Below, piece by piece: positions 39,656 through 52,918 of a stretch of 64,000 nt of DNA. The notes under the pieces were generated by a model. It was not told the origin of the DNA and searched no databases. It worked only from the letters and a program-made list of their open reading frames with translations. Position 1 is the first letter of the stretch; the number at the start of each line of letters is the position of its first letter. A program made the translations under genes and the position numbers. The DNA is taken from assembly GCF_006345805.1 (NCBI RefSeq), contig NC_043000.1:108128001-108192000 (forward strand). Reading direction: 5' to 3'. Source of the stretch: Octopus sinensis (taxonomy: Eukaryota).

Positions 39656-41183
39656 TAGAGTTCTTTGTCACTGACAAAGACTTCCTCATACAGAACGGAT
39701 AAATCTGTATTACCTGTAATAAGCTTCAGTACAACTTACAATTCCATAATTTAAAATTAATATGGATGCTTTATTTATGCTGCATGTAGAGAGCATTGTT
39801 TATATGCAACCCAAAACTAGCGTGTGGCGAAGAAGATTTAAGATTGCCTTGATAGTGTGTATATTTGGTTTCACATTGGGCTCACAACCTCTGATAATTT
39901 GAACACAAGACTAAAAATCAGATTATAGACTCATTGAAACTGTTGGACATATTGTTGCTCAACACAAGGATGTCCCCGCAGGCCACTGCTAACGCCCAGA
40001 ACAGCAGTGAAAATCAGATGCTATATTTTGGATATTTTCGGTTAGAAACAGAGTATAAAGATTACTCGGTTATATTGATGAGGTTGGTAGAAACTGACAC
40101 GATGAAACTGAGGACCTATCAAAGACCATCTTGGTTGCGGAAGCTTCAATAATAAAAAATATCTCTCTCTCTCTCACACACACACACAAATGTATACACA
40201 CACATAAATATGTATATGTATAGTTGTGTGTGTATACATGCATATATATGTGCGATGTCTACGAAAGTACGTTTTTTATGTTTCTATACATACAGAGGTG
40301 TATGTATATGTTCTTGTGTGCGCGTTTATATGCGTGCGTCTGAATGTGTGCGCGTGTGTCTGAGTTTGTCTGTGTGTTTGTGTGTGTAAGTGTATGCCTG
40401 TGTCTCTATGTGTGTGAATGTGTGTGTGCATGTGTGTATACATACATGTATATGTGTGTGTATGATGTCTACAAAAATACGGTTTTATGTATGTATAAGT
40501 ACAGACACTTCTGTATATGTTTGTACCTGTGCGTGCGTTTGAGTGTGTGTGTGTGTGTTTCTGCATGTATACATGGTGTACATACATGTATATGTGTGTG
40601 ATACATGTATATGTATGTGATATCTACGCAAATATGTTTTTTTTTTGCTTGTTTAGTCACAGATACATATGTTCATGTTTGCGTGTGCGTGCATGTGCCT
40701 GTGTGTGTGTGTGTGTACGTGCGTGTGTGTGTGTGTGTGTGTGCGTGTGTGTGAGTGTGTGTGTAAGCTTAGTTGGGATAGATACAAGAGAAATGAACGA
40801 CATTGGAAAGAATATTACTTCTCGCTGTATTATATCAGTAAAGTTCTAAAAGACTCTGACATACACAGGATTTCCATTGTATGTTGTACATATTAGCATT
40901 GGATAACAAAAAACAATTACTTATGTTTACTAATGACTTTACAAAAGGATATTTTGAGCCTAGAGATACTGTTAGAAAGTAAGAATTACTGACGTATTAA
41001 ATAGAATTAGTCTGTTAGCCTACGCAAAGCTTTGAATGACCGGAAAATTCATTCTGCCTGCCAGCAGTACATACATGCATACACTACGTACTACATACAT
41101 ACATACATACATACATACATACATACATACATACATACATACATACATACATACATACATACATACATACACACATAAATACG

Positions 41184-41219
<36 letters not shown>

Positions 41220-41324
41220 TCTTTATTACAGATGTGTGTTATGCATAATGCATGTCATATACAGATACATACGTACGTACGCACATGGTCTGTCTATCTA
41301 TCTATTTATCTATCTACCTTTCTT

Positions 41325-41411
<87 letters not shown>

Positions 41412-41429
41412 CTTTTATCTTTTCGTTTT

Positions 41430-41777
41430 TACTATTTTTCACTCATATGTCTACAGCCATGCAGAGCACAATATTGAAGCATTTTTGTCGAATAAATAGA
41501 CCCTAGTGCATATTTCGTTTTAAAGCCTGTCACTTATTCTATCGATCTCTTTTGCCGAACCGCTAAGTTATGATACGTAAGCCAACACCGGGTGTGAAGC
41601 AATGATAGGGGACAAACACAGACACAACGACACATAAAACACTCACATACATACATACTATTGAAAAGGTTGCAAGCCGCAACGAAAATTGTAGAAAAAT
41701 AAATAAGTAAATGAGTGTGTTAAATTATAAAGCACTAAAGAGAATGACTCTCCCCAGAACTCACATAAAGAATCTTG

Positions 41778-41810
<33 letters not shown>

Positions 41811-41837
41811 TATATATATATATATATATAATATATA

Positions 41838-41907
<70 letters not shown>

Positions 41908-42040
41908 ATATATATGACTTCTTTGTTTGAGGATCACTGCAGGTTCACTTACCAGATCCACCTACAAGGCTTTGGGCGGCCCTAGCTATGGTAGTAAATA
42001 GCTGCCCAAGGTTCCCCGCAGCTTGCCACACGGCCATGCT
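41430..42040 (-). mobile_element. SINE family A with a pseudo-LTR-like insert (~41660-41780) in its microsatellite
   Basis: Tail and body match family A; the insert is homologous to the 54.35 kb element. Confidence 0.7.
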
Positions 42041-42573
42041 TCACTCACCTGTATGGGTAAAACCTCGAATAATGCTGCATAGCATTATCAATCTTTAGTT
42101 GAATGTGTTACAACTGATTTAATATAAATTAACTAAATGCACATCACTGATATATCGAAGGGTACTAGGAAAATTAGACATCAGAAACACGTTCAAAATC
42201 GAATAAAAAGAATATAGTTTAATAGATAGCTTCTGAAAATATATAATTTTTCCATTCTTCATTATGCACTGATTATATATTTTGTATGCTACCTGAAATC
42301 CAATGAAACGAATTTAGGATGTACCAATAGAAAGAAGTACATTTTAATTGTTTATCTTAATCGACTTTCTATGTGCAGTGTTGTTAGTCAGATCTAGATT
42401 ATATCAAAGTGCTCATAAGGTGCCTTCTCAGATTTCAAATCCCTATTTTTTTGAATCGGTTCATTCGACAAAAATTGCAAGACGGTGCACCAGCATGACC
42501 GCAGTCTAATGACTAAAACAAGTAAATGAATAGAAGAATAAAATTACACACACACACACACACTCACACACAC

Positions 42574-42625
<52 letters not shown>

Positions 42626-42962
42626 GCATACAGGCACGTACACCATGTTTTCCCCTATATCCTTCCAATTTTAAACAGTAGGTTTTAACGGAGTGAAATT
42701 TTATTGCTATTTCAGATGGCCGCGCCACCCCTTAAAGACCACTCCTTGTAATTTTCTTTCCAGTTCTATGATGGTAAATGAAATGATGTGCTGATAGCAT
42801 TGTTAACGTTCTGAATTCAAATTTCGCAGAAGTCAAGTTTGCCTGTCCTCCTACCAATGTTAATATCATACATTGCTGAAGTACTGAGATTGGTGAATAT
42901 TGACTTAAGCGTACGATATAAATTACTGGTCTTCTGCCTAAATTTGCAATATAATCATCACC

Positions 42963-43178
42963 AAGGCGGGGAGCTGGCAGAATCTTTAGTAAGCCAGGTA
43001 AATTGCTTAACGGCATTTCGTCCGACTTAACGTTCTGATTTCAAATTCTGCTGAGGTCGACTTTCCCCTTACATCCTTTCAGGCTCAATGAAATAAGTAG
43101 CGGTTGAACACGGGGATCGATGTAAACGACTTATCGCTTCCTCCGATATGGCTTACCTTGTAGCAAAATTTGAAATCG
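42963..43178 (+). mobile_element. SINE family B
   Basis: aaggcggggagctggcagaatc...gaggtcgacttt...gatcgatgtaaacgact. Confidence 0.85.
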
Positions 43179-43489
43179 ATATATCGATGATCATCCATAT
43201 GGGTATTACAGACATTTTAAGTCATATTTGAAGTACTTTTACTGCTCACCTTGCCTGAATGAAGTATTGATTGGGGAACATTTGATGGTTAAAAGACCAA
43301 CTAAACGATGATTGAATAAAATAAAATAGATAATTACTTTTATTCTATATACCACATGGATGTAGGAAGGGAGGTCTTCTATAATGAAAAAGTTAATTCT
43401 TCGGTTTATGTATTTCGTCCTTAGTTATGAAAATTGCATATGAATCAACTTCCTACTATGTATATATGTGTAGCATGTTTTCGCTTCAA

Positions 43490-43640
43490 ATTGAACCCAG
43501 ACTGCTTGGTTTCCAATTTAGGAAATTTTCCTGAACAAGATCCGGATCATCCAAATTGAGTGTTGACGTCATGAAAAATCTCATCGACGCCAACCAGTTA
43601 CGCATCAATTTTATTGATTGGTATCGCCAAAATTACTGAT
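43490..43640 (+). mobile_element. Mariner transposase N-terminal relic
   Basis: Fragments resembling WF..F..GNF.L and RSG.P..D..K.LID.N (HTH region), frameshifted. Confidence 0.35.
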
Positions 43641-44973
43641 GAGTCAAATACTGAGGATTGTAAATAAGTTAAGATTTGATTCAGATGAGTGAGTATATAT
43701 AAATAGAACCGTAGACAACGATAGAGTCAAAGAAAGACAGTTAGAGAGAGAGGGGGGAAGAGAGAAGAGAGAAGGGTAAAGGGGAGAGACTATTGGCAGA
43801 CAAGAGGAACCGAACACAGTCGTACTTACCATCAGCGTTATCATGTTTCGGTCGATGTAAACCACCGGAACTAATACAAATATTGAAATGACAGGGACCA
43901 CAATCATTCACTCTTTCGAATTTACTCTCATCTACACTGAATCACAGAAGCTGCCCAAGCAACATAATTTTCCGACGTTTCTCATTACTTTCGTTTCTTG
44001 GAACCGTTGCTTTCCATTCAAACTATTAACAATAAAAGATGATGATGACGATGTTTTCATTTTTATTAAACATACCTCCATGAATAGAACACATAATAAC
44101 CACAAAACACTAAGATAACCTCAAAATAGTTTATTTGTTAAAAACATCTCCGGCCACACAGATTCCCAGAGATAAATATTTAAAACACATTGACCTCTAA
44201 ACTTAATAGCCTGATTAGGTTTAAAAATATTTCGCTGAAGATTCAACTTTAACTATAAACAGTTTCGTTGTTTTCAGCATACTAAAATAATTTAGTTGAT
44301 TATATCCCTACGCGTGCATTTTGCATCATTTGAACATGCTAAAGAGGTATTTATTTCACCATAAATGTCTGCTTTTTTTTTCCGGAGCGCATATAAATTT
44401 GAAGCGTATATAAATTTAACAAGATTTCTGTATATTTCATCAGTTCTTATATGTTTAGTGTACGCTTTTTTTCAGACTAGTGCTAGACTTACTCGAAGTC
44501 AAGTCTACGATACAGTTATTTCGACACAGTTTATTTCGTTTTGTCTATTCGACAGTTCAACTGTAACACAATAACCTATATCTTTTACTCTATATCTTTG
44601 ACTCGCTATTTAAAGGTATATTATTTGGTCTTAACCAGACAAACCATTTTTATAAAAAGTTTTCACTTTCTTAAATTTCTCAACTCTGCTTTATCGGCAT
44701 CTATGAGTCTGTCAAAACATATCTGAATATTTCAACGTTAAAGGAAGCCATGCAGTGATATTCACTTGGATGACGATCACAATAGATTCCAAGCGAAAGA
44801 TAATGACTCATATAAATGAAATGAATGGATTTTCGGTCTGGTTTCGGAGGTAGTATATAATGAAAGCACTCAATGTAAGGTATTATTATGATGGTTATAC
44901 ATTTAAAATTTGTATTGCCAGATTTTAGTATCTTCAATAGTTCTGAAGAAATTGTGGTTGTATATAAACAAAG

Positions 44974-45004
<31 letters not shown>

Positions 45005-45014
45005 CCTCTCTCTC

Positions 45015-45068
<54 letters not shown>

Positions 45069-45073
45069 CTCTG

Positions 45074-45132
<59 letters not shown>

Positions 45133-45417
45133 GTGTGTGTGTATGTATGTAATCGAAACATGACAAATAAGAGCATAAATGGAAATTGATATATTGATAA
45201 ACGGAAAGGAAAACAAACCGATAAATATAAAACATCGATTGATATTTGGAGTGGCAAGAAAACAGTAGGTTATTGATTATAGAGATTATGGCAACGTTTA
45301 TATTTGTCGTTTGTGAGTGTGTGTGTGTGTGTGTGTTTATGTACGCGTGTTTGTCTCTGTGAGAGTTTGTGCATATATTTCTATATTTATATAAACGGTA
45401 GAGTTTATATTCGTCTT

Positions 45418-45451
<34 letters not shown>

Positions 45452-45460
<9 letters not shown>

Positions 45461-45908
45461 ATTGGTGAATTGAAGAAATGGAGCTGAACGCAGATTGAAC
45501 AGAAATCGTTTTATTTCATTCTACACGTGTTTCGAAAGGCACAAATTACCAAAATCCGATTGAATAATGGGACCATATTGTGTCTTTCTCATCAGGAAGA
45601 AAAAAGGAAATCCGTTGGAAACACAAAAACAGAACAGAGGCGGAGCAAAAAACAAATCGAACTGTGCTCCTAAGAGCCCATGGCTCTTAGGAGCACAGTT
45701 CGATTTGTTTTTTGCTCCGCCTCTGTTCTGTTTTTGTGTTTCCAACGGATTTCCTTTTTTCTTCCTGATGAGAAAGACACAATATGGTCCCATTATTCAA
45801 TCGGATTTTGGTAATTTGTGCCTTTCGAAACACGTGTAGAATGAAATAAAACGATTTCTGTTCAATCTGCGTTCAGCTCCATTTCTTCAATTCACCAATA
45901 ATGTTTTA
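45452..45908. repeat. Near-perfect 457-bp palindrome (fold-back pseudo-LTR)
   Basis: Arms are exact reverse complements around ca|tg at 45680/45681 apart from one extra C on the left arm; (TA)n abuts the left end. Confidence 0.97.
45762..45841 (+). ncRNA. Type I hammerhead ribozyme motif (mirror copy on minus strand at 45519-45598)
   Basis: ttc CTGATGA gaaagacacaa...ttgtgcctttc GAAAC acgt GTA gaa: intact core, 11-bp stem II with one mismatch, palindromic stem III ACACGTGT, 3-bp stem I. Confidence 0.8.
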
Positions 45909-46084
45909 ATTTCAATTATCCGCACCAACGCACGGTTGCAACGCCAGATGGTTGTACCTCCAACCGTGCTGTTTACTGCTGTGATTTTTGCTACTAAGGT
46001 ATCGGTTAAACTTTTGATTAATCTACTACAAGATTATTCATCTTTCTATTTCACATAATATATATATATAATATATATATATAT

Positions 46085-46130
<46 letters not shown>

Positions 46131-46343
46131 ATATATATACTGTGTGACACAATGTATATACATACACCCATATGTATGGATCTTAGTTGGTATATATGTA
46201 TATATATGAGTCATTTCTAATTTCTATCACGTGAAAGTGTGTATCTGTGTGTATCCATCTTCTAGTTCGTATACCCGATTCTTCGCTATTTATCATACCA
46301 AATCATATAGGTTCGTGTGTGTGTGTGACGCGTGTGTGTGTGC

Positions 46344-46379
<36 letters not shown>

Positions 46380-46546
46380 ACAATGTAGGAATTGTACAAA
46401 ATATACAAATAAATGATGAGTAAAGCACTGGCGCATTTTCGATTGCCTGTAGTTACCAGTAGATTTCTTGCAGGAACTTCGTAGTGGCGGTTGGGGTAAC
46501 AGTAATAATATAATAGGAGATGGAATGTGAAATAGACTTTATTGGA

Positions 46547-46584
46547 TACAACACGTTTCGACCCATTCTGGGACTCTTCAGGTA
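46547..46584 (-). ncRNA. Minimal type I hammerhead ribozyme motif
   Basis: Reverse complement: tac CTGAAGA gtccc-agaat-gggtc GAAAC gt GTT gta. Intact core, one stem II mismatch, stem I tac/gta. Confidence 0.65.
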
Positions 46585-48900
46585 CATCAATAAAAAGTCT
46601 CACTAGAGATTTCTTGAGTCGACTTAGGTACTGCTATATATTCATCAACTTCGAGAATGAGCAAAATCAGAGAAAAATTATTGAAACGCAGAAAAAATTA
46701 AATACGAGCGCCGCGGAAAGTGTACTTTCTAGTTTCGAGAAAATGACATAACGAACGATTGCTGTTGTAACTGTTAAGAGAAAGAAGATGAAGTAGAAGT
46801 TGGAAGAAAGATAATACTTAGATGATTTTTTTTATACTACCAATCAACAGAGCAATAATTACAATATCCACGATAATCATCCAAAACTTAACACCAGTAA
46901 CAATTCAAATAATAAACTGAGAATACCTAGTGATAATAAAACGATAATATTCACAACCGACATACCGTACAGAACCAATCCCTCCAGCGCTCGATGTACA
47001 CAAACCAACAAAATTAAAACAGTTATGCTAATGCACGGCTGGATCAAGTTGTCCTTTGCATAACCAATGTATTACTAAGAACGTGGTATACAAGTGTACT
47101 ATAAACACTAGATTAGGCGCATACGTATATATCGGGGCTTCTGTGCGCATTTGCGTTTTTATAGGTGTATGAATATATTAGCGTGATTTCGAACTTTGAG
47201 AGAAAAGCTCTTAGTTCATCTTCAGCGAGTCCTACTGACCCCACGGTTGTAGAAATTATTAATCTCTCCAATGTATACGATGAGCGTTTTTAATGCCACA
47301 GCAAATTAAAAAGAGTGATTGAAGTGAATACAAATTTTAAACGGTCATCGCACACATTGGTGAGATAATTAATTTGTATTACCCTGCGGTTAGTAGGACT
47401 CGCTGTGTTCATGTGAAAGTTTGTGGCTTGGTCATTTTCACTACTATGTTTTGCATGTCGGTTCTGCTTGTTAGTACCTTTAATCATTAATCGATAATTT
47501 TTTACCGTTAGGTGATGTTTACGTATGTTGACCCACTGATGCTATTATAAGCAATAATATATTGGATAGTAAAACGAATGCTTTACATCTGGTAGCTCAC
47601 TGGTTAAGCACGGTAAGCACGGTCACTTTTTCAGTAATCGTTATGTATATGGCAAATGAAAGACAGAAGATGGAGTATACAAGAATTTATACTTGTTTCG
47701 GCACATCTACTACCGCTCCCTCATGGGTGGGACACTCAACAACTTGTTCCGGAGCATCTGGCAGTGTAGATGTATCTCGTCGGGTGATAAATAGTTGCAA
47801 CTCGTTAAAATAACTGTTCGGAATGTAACGTCTCGTTTTGTAGAAAGAAAAACAGCCAGACGGAGGAAATATCTTCTTTTATATAGAAGATCAAAAATAA
47901 AATCATAGATGAGGAAAAAAGGAGAAACGAACACGCATTACAGCGAGAAAAATATTAAAAATAACCGTTAACAAATATGGATGCATAAACGCCCTTGGGC
48001 AAGCTGCATGGCACGAGTATATTCGCTCGCACAAGCATCCGAGAAAATGGTGCACTCATGATCACTCGCTAATTAAGTATCGGTAAAATAATTACAAGAC
48101 GAAACCAATTGATTGTATCGTAATGACTAACAAAATCCTCTGATGGCGATGGCCCAGCATGGGCATAGCAAAATGCATGAAATAACACAGCAAAATATTA
48201 AAGCAATACCAAAAATCAAGACAAAGAACAATGCATATGAGTGCAGCGGTAAAATGATCGGTTTGATAGATAATGGATTGATCCATTAAACAGTTGAACA
48301 GAGATTGAATGAATGCGCATTGAATAGGTATTGTCTATGACGACTCTAATGCATTGGTGGTACAAAATTGTTGCTTTTCATTTCAGTTAAGAAAACATAG
48401 CATATGTGGTTGTCATTAGTATGCTTGTATTCTTTCGGACGTTTTTTTTTCAACTATAGATGTCTATCGAATGCTAAACGTGATGCCTATTATTGATAGT
48501 CTTTGTTTGCATTTTTTTGGTTGCTGCTTGTAATGTTTCTTTGCATTTCATGTTCTTTGATATCGGTTATAAGAAGAGCGACGGATGATTTAACTGAGGT
48601 TACTGTTGAACGTATAGATTTCGTATGACTTTTCTGCATGGTTTAAGTGGCTGCGGAATGATGGAAGGCTGTCGGTATGATAGTGAATATGAACCAGGTT
48701 CTGTTTGTCTCTATGTATGTATGTACGTATGTATGTTTGAATATGTGCATGTATGAATGCATATATGCACATATGTATGCATGTGTGTATTGTGGAAGTA
48801 TTTCGAATAAATCATTTAGATGGCCGATTTTTAGGATGGATATTACAAAGTGAAATGGAGGAAGAAAGTCAGAAAGACCCACTCACGCAACACATGACCT

Positions 48901-48952
<52 letters not shown>

Positions 48953-48981
48953 ACAGGGACATGTGTGTGGATGTTTCAGAC

Positions 48982-49013
<32 letters not shown>

Positions 49014-49022
49014 CACATGCAC

Positions 49023-49063
<41 letters not shown>

Positions 49064-49859
49064 AAAAGAAAGGGACATATATGTGTGTGTATTTGAGTGC
49101 TTACATGTTTGCCTGTCAGTGTGTGTGTGTGTGTGTGTGAGCTTGTTTCTGCGTGTTTGCGTGTTTATGTATGTGTTCCTGCGTTTCTGTGATTGGGAAG
49201 AGAGAGAGAGGAAAGAAAAGGAGAGAGATACAGACAGAGAAACAGTGAACAAAGAGAGAGAAAAAGAGAGAGAAGGAGAGAGAGAGAGACAGCAGACAAT
49301 CAAAGAGTGATTAAGAGAAAGGGTAAGCCGGGGAGTGTGAATACATCACAAGCAACGGAGGGTGGGGTCACAGAACGAGAGCTTCGGTCCGAATTAAAGA
49401 TGATTGAGAGAGATATAGAAAGGGAATAACGATATTAATTAGCAAATTTGGCAAATAGAATTATGATTAATTTCATAAATACAAAAGATTTCAAGCTGGA
49501 AATCAATTTACTATCAAACAAGTTCAAATATCGACGGATATTACTTGTATCGTGGACAAAGTATATCGGTAATTATTATTGCACTTAGCGTCGGCTGAAT
49601 GGGTTGGTAGTGAGATCCTGCGACATGGCAACCTGTTATTAGGTGGCTTTGAGAATTATATTGATTTCCTATGTCATGAAACCAATCGTCGATGATAGTT
49701 AGTGACCACTTCTCTACAAATCCCGGCAAATGATGAACGCTAGAAGGAAAATGGAAGAAACTTGCATACACAAAGAGGCAATAATATGTGCATGTATGTA
49801 TGTATGTATGTATATAATTAAGTACATATATAAGTATATATATCATTATCATTTTTTCA

Positions 49860-50148
49860 TTTATCATTTATCATTTACTTGTTTCAGTCATTTGACTGCG
49901 GCCATGCTGGAGCACCGCCTTTAGTCGAGCAAATCGACCCCGGGACTTATTCTTTGTAAGCCCAGTACTTATTCTATCGGTCTCTTTTGCCGAACCGCTA
50001 AGTGACGGGGACGTAAACACACCAGCATCGGTTGTCAAGCAATGCTAGGGGGACAAACACCACATATATATATATATATATTATATATACGACAGACTTC
50101 TTTCAGTTTCCGTCTACCAAATTCACTCACAAGGCATTGGTCGGCCTA
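49860..50148 (-). mobile_element. SINE family A, young 3' portion
   Basis: Best-preserved tail in the window: gtttcagtcatttgactgcggccatgctggagcaccgcctttagtcgagcaaatcgacccc. Confidence 0.9.
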
Positions 50149-50180
50149 TTATAATATATATATATATATATATTATATAT

Positions 50181-50214
<34 letters not shown>

Positions 50215-50264
50215 CGTGTGTGTGTGTATACATGTATATACTTATAAACATAATTGTGTATGCG

Positions 50265-50305
<41 letters not shown>

Positions 50306-50360
50306 CTTCTCTTTCTCTCTCTTCTTTCTCTCAGGATTTATCTATCTATCTATCAATCTA

Positions 50361-50684
50361 TCTTTGGTCAGGAATGACCATAGGGTTGCACAGAAATGTT
50401 TCCTCCGAAGCATGTCTGGGCAAAGTTGTTCGTAGAAGAACAGCAGCTGACCATGCATACCAGTTTTCCATCTCCACGCCACAGATGTTGTCCAAAGGAA
50501 AGGCAAATGTCGTTGCAGCTTGGCACCACTGACGTAGCAACTTATTACTATAGCTGAGTGAACTGGAGCAAAGTGAAATAAAGCGCCTTGTTGAAGACAA
50601 GAACCTACAGCCCGTCTGGGAATCGAAATCATAACCATACGATTGTAGCTCTGACGCTCTAACCACTGAGCAATACGCCTTCAC
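50361..50684 (-). mobile_element. tRNA-derived SINE family D
   Basis: Minus-strand head gaaggcgtattgctcagtggttagagcg...ttcgattccc (A/B-box-like), body ttgctccagttcactcagct, distinct tail. Confidence 0.75.
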
Positions 50685-51674
50685 ACACACACACACTGGT
50701 GGTCGAATCAGTGTCTGGTGACCTTGAATTTCCTCTGTAATGAAGACTTTCTATAGTTACAGGTTAAACTGACTAATAAGAGACTGATTCGATCAAAATA
50801 GTATATATTAACAATATACCGTATTTTATATTATACAAGGCAATGTCGTATATTGTGTAAACATGTCGGTAATCATTCGAACATCGTCACTATTTTTCCA
50901 AATCCTGCTGAATTTCGTTCGGAATTTTGGGTCGTCTTGGCATATGTGGCGGTCTACCTTGGTTGTAAATTTTGGTCTGCAAAGTTTGACTAATATGCCT
51001 GAAAATACGGCAAATCAACGTGCATGCCTTTGAGGCTTCAAATTGAATAAACTTAAACTAATTCGCTACTTGTCTACTTTTCTTTCCATCGGTATTTATT
51101 TAACTAATCATTAGCATATTTCTTGAAGGTCTTTTCATTGACATGGAATGATACAATAATTTAAAAGGTTAAGGATTCATGGAGTTAAAACCAAACTAAT
51201 GTATATATTAAATTGCCTGCTAGAGAGACCATACATTCACTTGGTTAAGCCCGTAGACTAAACTCGAAGATTTTGTTTGAGCACGTCGCTGCAAACAATG
51301 TATCTGCACTCTATCTCTCCCTATCACACGCCACTCTCTCCCAATACATAACATGGTTGGTTAATCTTTAGATATAGAAATTCACTTGGATGGGATGTGA
51401 CCATTTTGAAATGTAACTCACTATAACTGAATGGTTGTGCTTGTTTCAGATATGATTTCGTATATTTGCAGCATATATATATATACACGTACGCATGCAC
51501 ACGTACATACATGCATAAACACACACACACGCACACATATACTCATATATGTATATACGCATATATCTATATATATGTATAGTGTATTACTACGAGATTT
51601 GCACAACACATAGACACAAACATTCTCTCTCTCTCTCTCTCTCACACAGACACAAACATGCATACACGCACACA

Positions 51675-51710
<36 letters not shown>

Positions 51711-51935
51711 TACACATACAAACGCACACAAACACACACACATGTATGTCTGTGTAGAGAGTGTGAACCATTGAATGTCATGATCTACACCATCACATTC
51801 ATGCAAACGTAAGTTTTCGCTGTTCATTTTGTTTTTATTTATCACATCAAAGACACCCCTCCACTGACTCACAGTGCTATACTCATACTCATATACTCAG
51901 TTTCTATTTCTGATTGTTCTTTCTTTTTATTTCAG

Positions 51936-52029
51936 GTAAGTACGCTGCAAATTTTCTCTACATCCACTCATGAATAAGCGAGGTCGTAGTGGTGTACCAA
52001 TCCGCTTAGCTGATAAAACCAGACAGAAG
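51936..52029 (+). other. Candidate 94-nt exon of an unidentified + strand gene, beginning with a recursive-splice-type AG|GTAAGT
   Basis: Branch-like ctgat, long polypyrimidine tract, TTTCAG|GTAAGT at 51935/51936, second donor AAG|GTAAGT at 52029/52030. Confidence 0.6.
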
Positions 52030-52852
52030 GTAAGTAGTGTAGACGGACATTAGATACAGACGGAAAAAATAAATATCTACTTTACATCTTCATTTAATTG
52101 AATGTCATTGCCTCTCACAAGACTTTGTACTTCTATTAACAAATTTATTGCTAAGCTTAAAATCAACAGGCATCTTTTCTTTTTATTTATGTCGTGTTCG
52201 TATTTCTGTAAAATTGTAAATTTACATTAAAGATAATTTACATTAAGTGAATAAAGTTAAAGAAGACAACTGAACAGGGAAAGTCCTAATATGAGCAAAA
52301 ATGGCCTGATTAAAAATCTGAATCGTATGGACAATAACTAGAAAAGCGACACGTTAAGTGGAAACATTTGATTGACACACGCACACACATACGCATACAA
52401 ACTCACAAACTCTCTCTTGCACACACAAATACACAAATATATACTAAGTAACAGATCGATTTCACTCCTCATATTATTTAAAGCGAATAGAAAAGATGTC
52501 CGCCTCTTCGGTCATTCAAGCGCAAACTGAAGAAAAACTAAATGACTTATTCGATATGTATTCGCGTATGTGTGTGAGTATATATGTGAGCATTGGTGTA
52601 TGTGTGAGTGCATATGTGTGCATTAATGTGTGTGCATGTGTCAATCATGTGCTTCCGATAATGAGTTATATTTTTTATCTATTGTTCATATGATTCAAAC
52701 TTTTAACCAGGCCTTATATATATATATCTGTATATATAGAAAAGCGTAGGCTCGAAACGTAAAAGAATTTTTCTATTCCTGAGCGTTATACTAATATATC
52801 TGTTTGTTTTCTACACCACCTGTTTTCGTCTTTTGTTTTTTTCGTGAACTCT

Positions 52853-52918
<66 letters not shown>

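Noticed and set aside
44701-44900. RHPSEYHCMASF resembling mariner APSDYHLF
   Set aside because: A single weak motif; flanking residues do not support it.
45521-45839. Mirror-image 90-aa ORFs on both strands (likewise the 60-aa pair at 60675-60857 and 61511-61693)
   Set aside because: A by-product of palindrome symmetry; no recognisable protein motif.
14173-50684. tRNA-like A/B-box sequences
   Set aside because: They are SINE heads joined to SINE bodies; none forms a complete cloverleaf.
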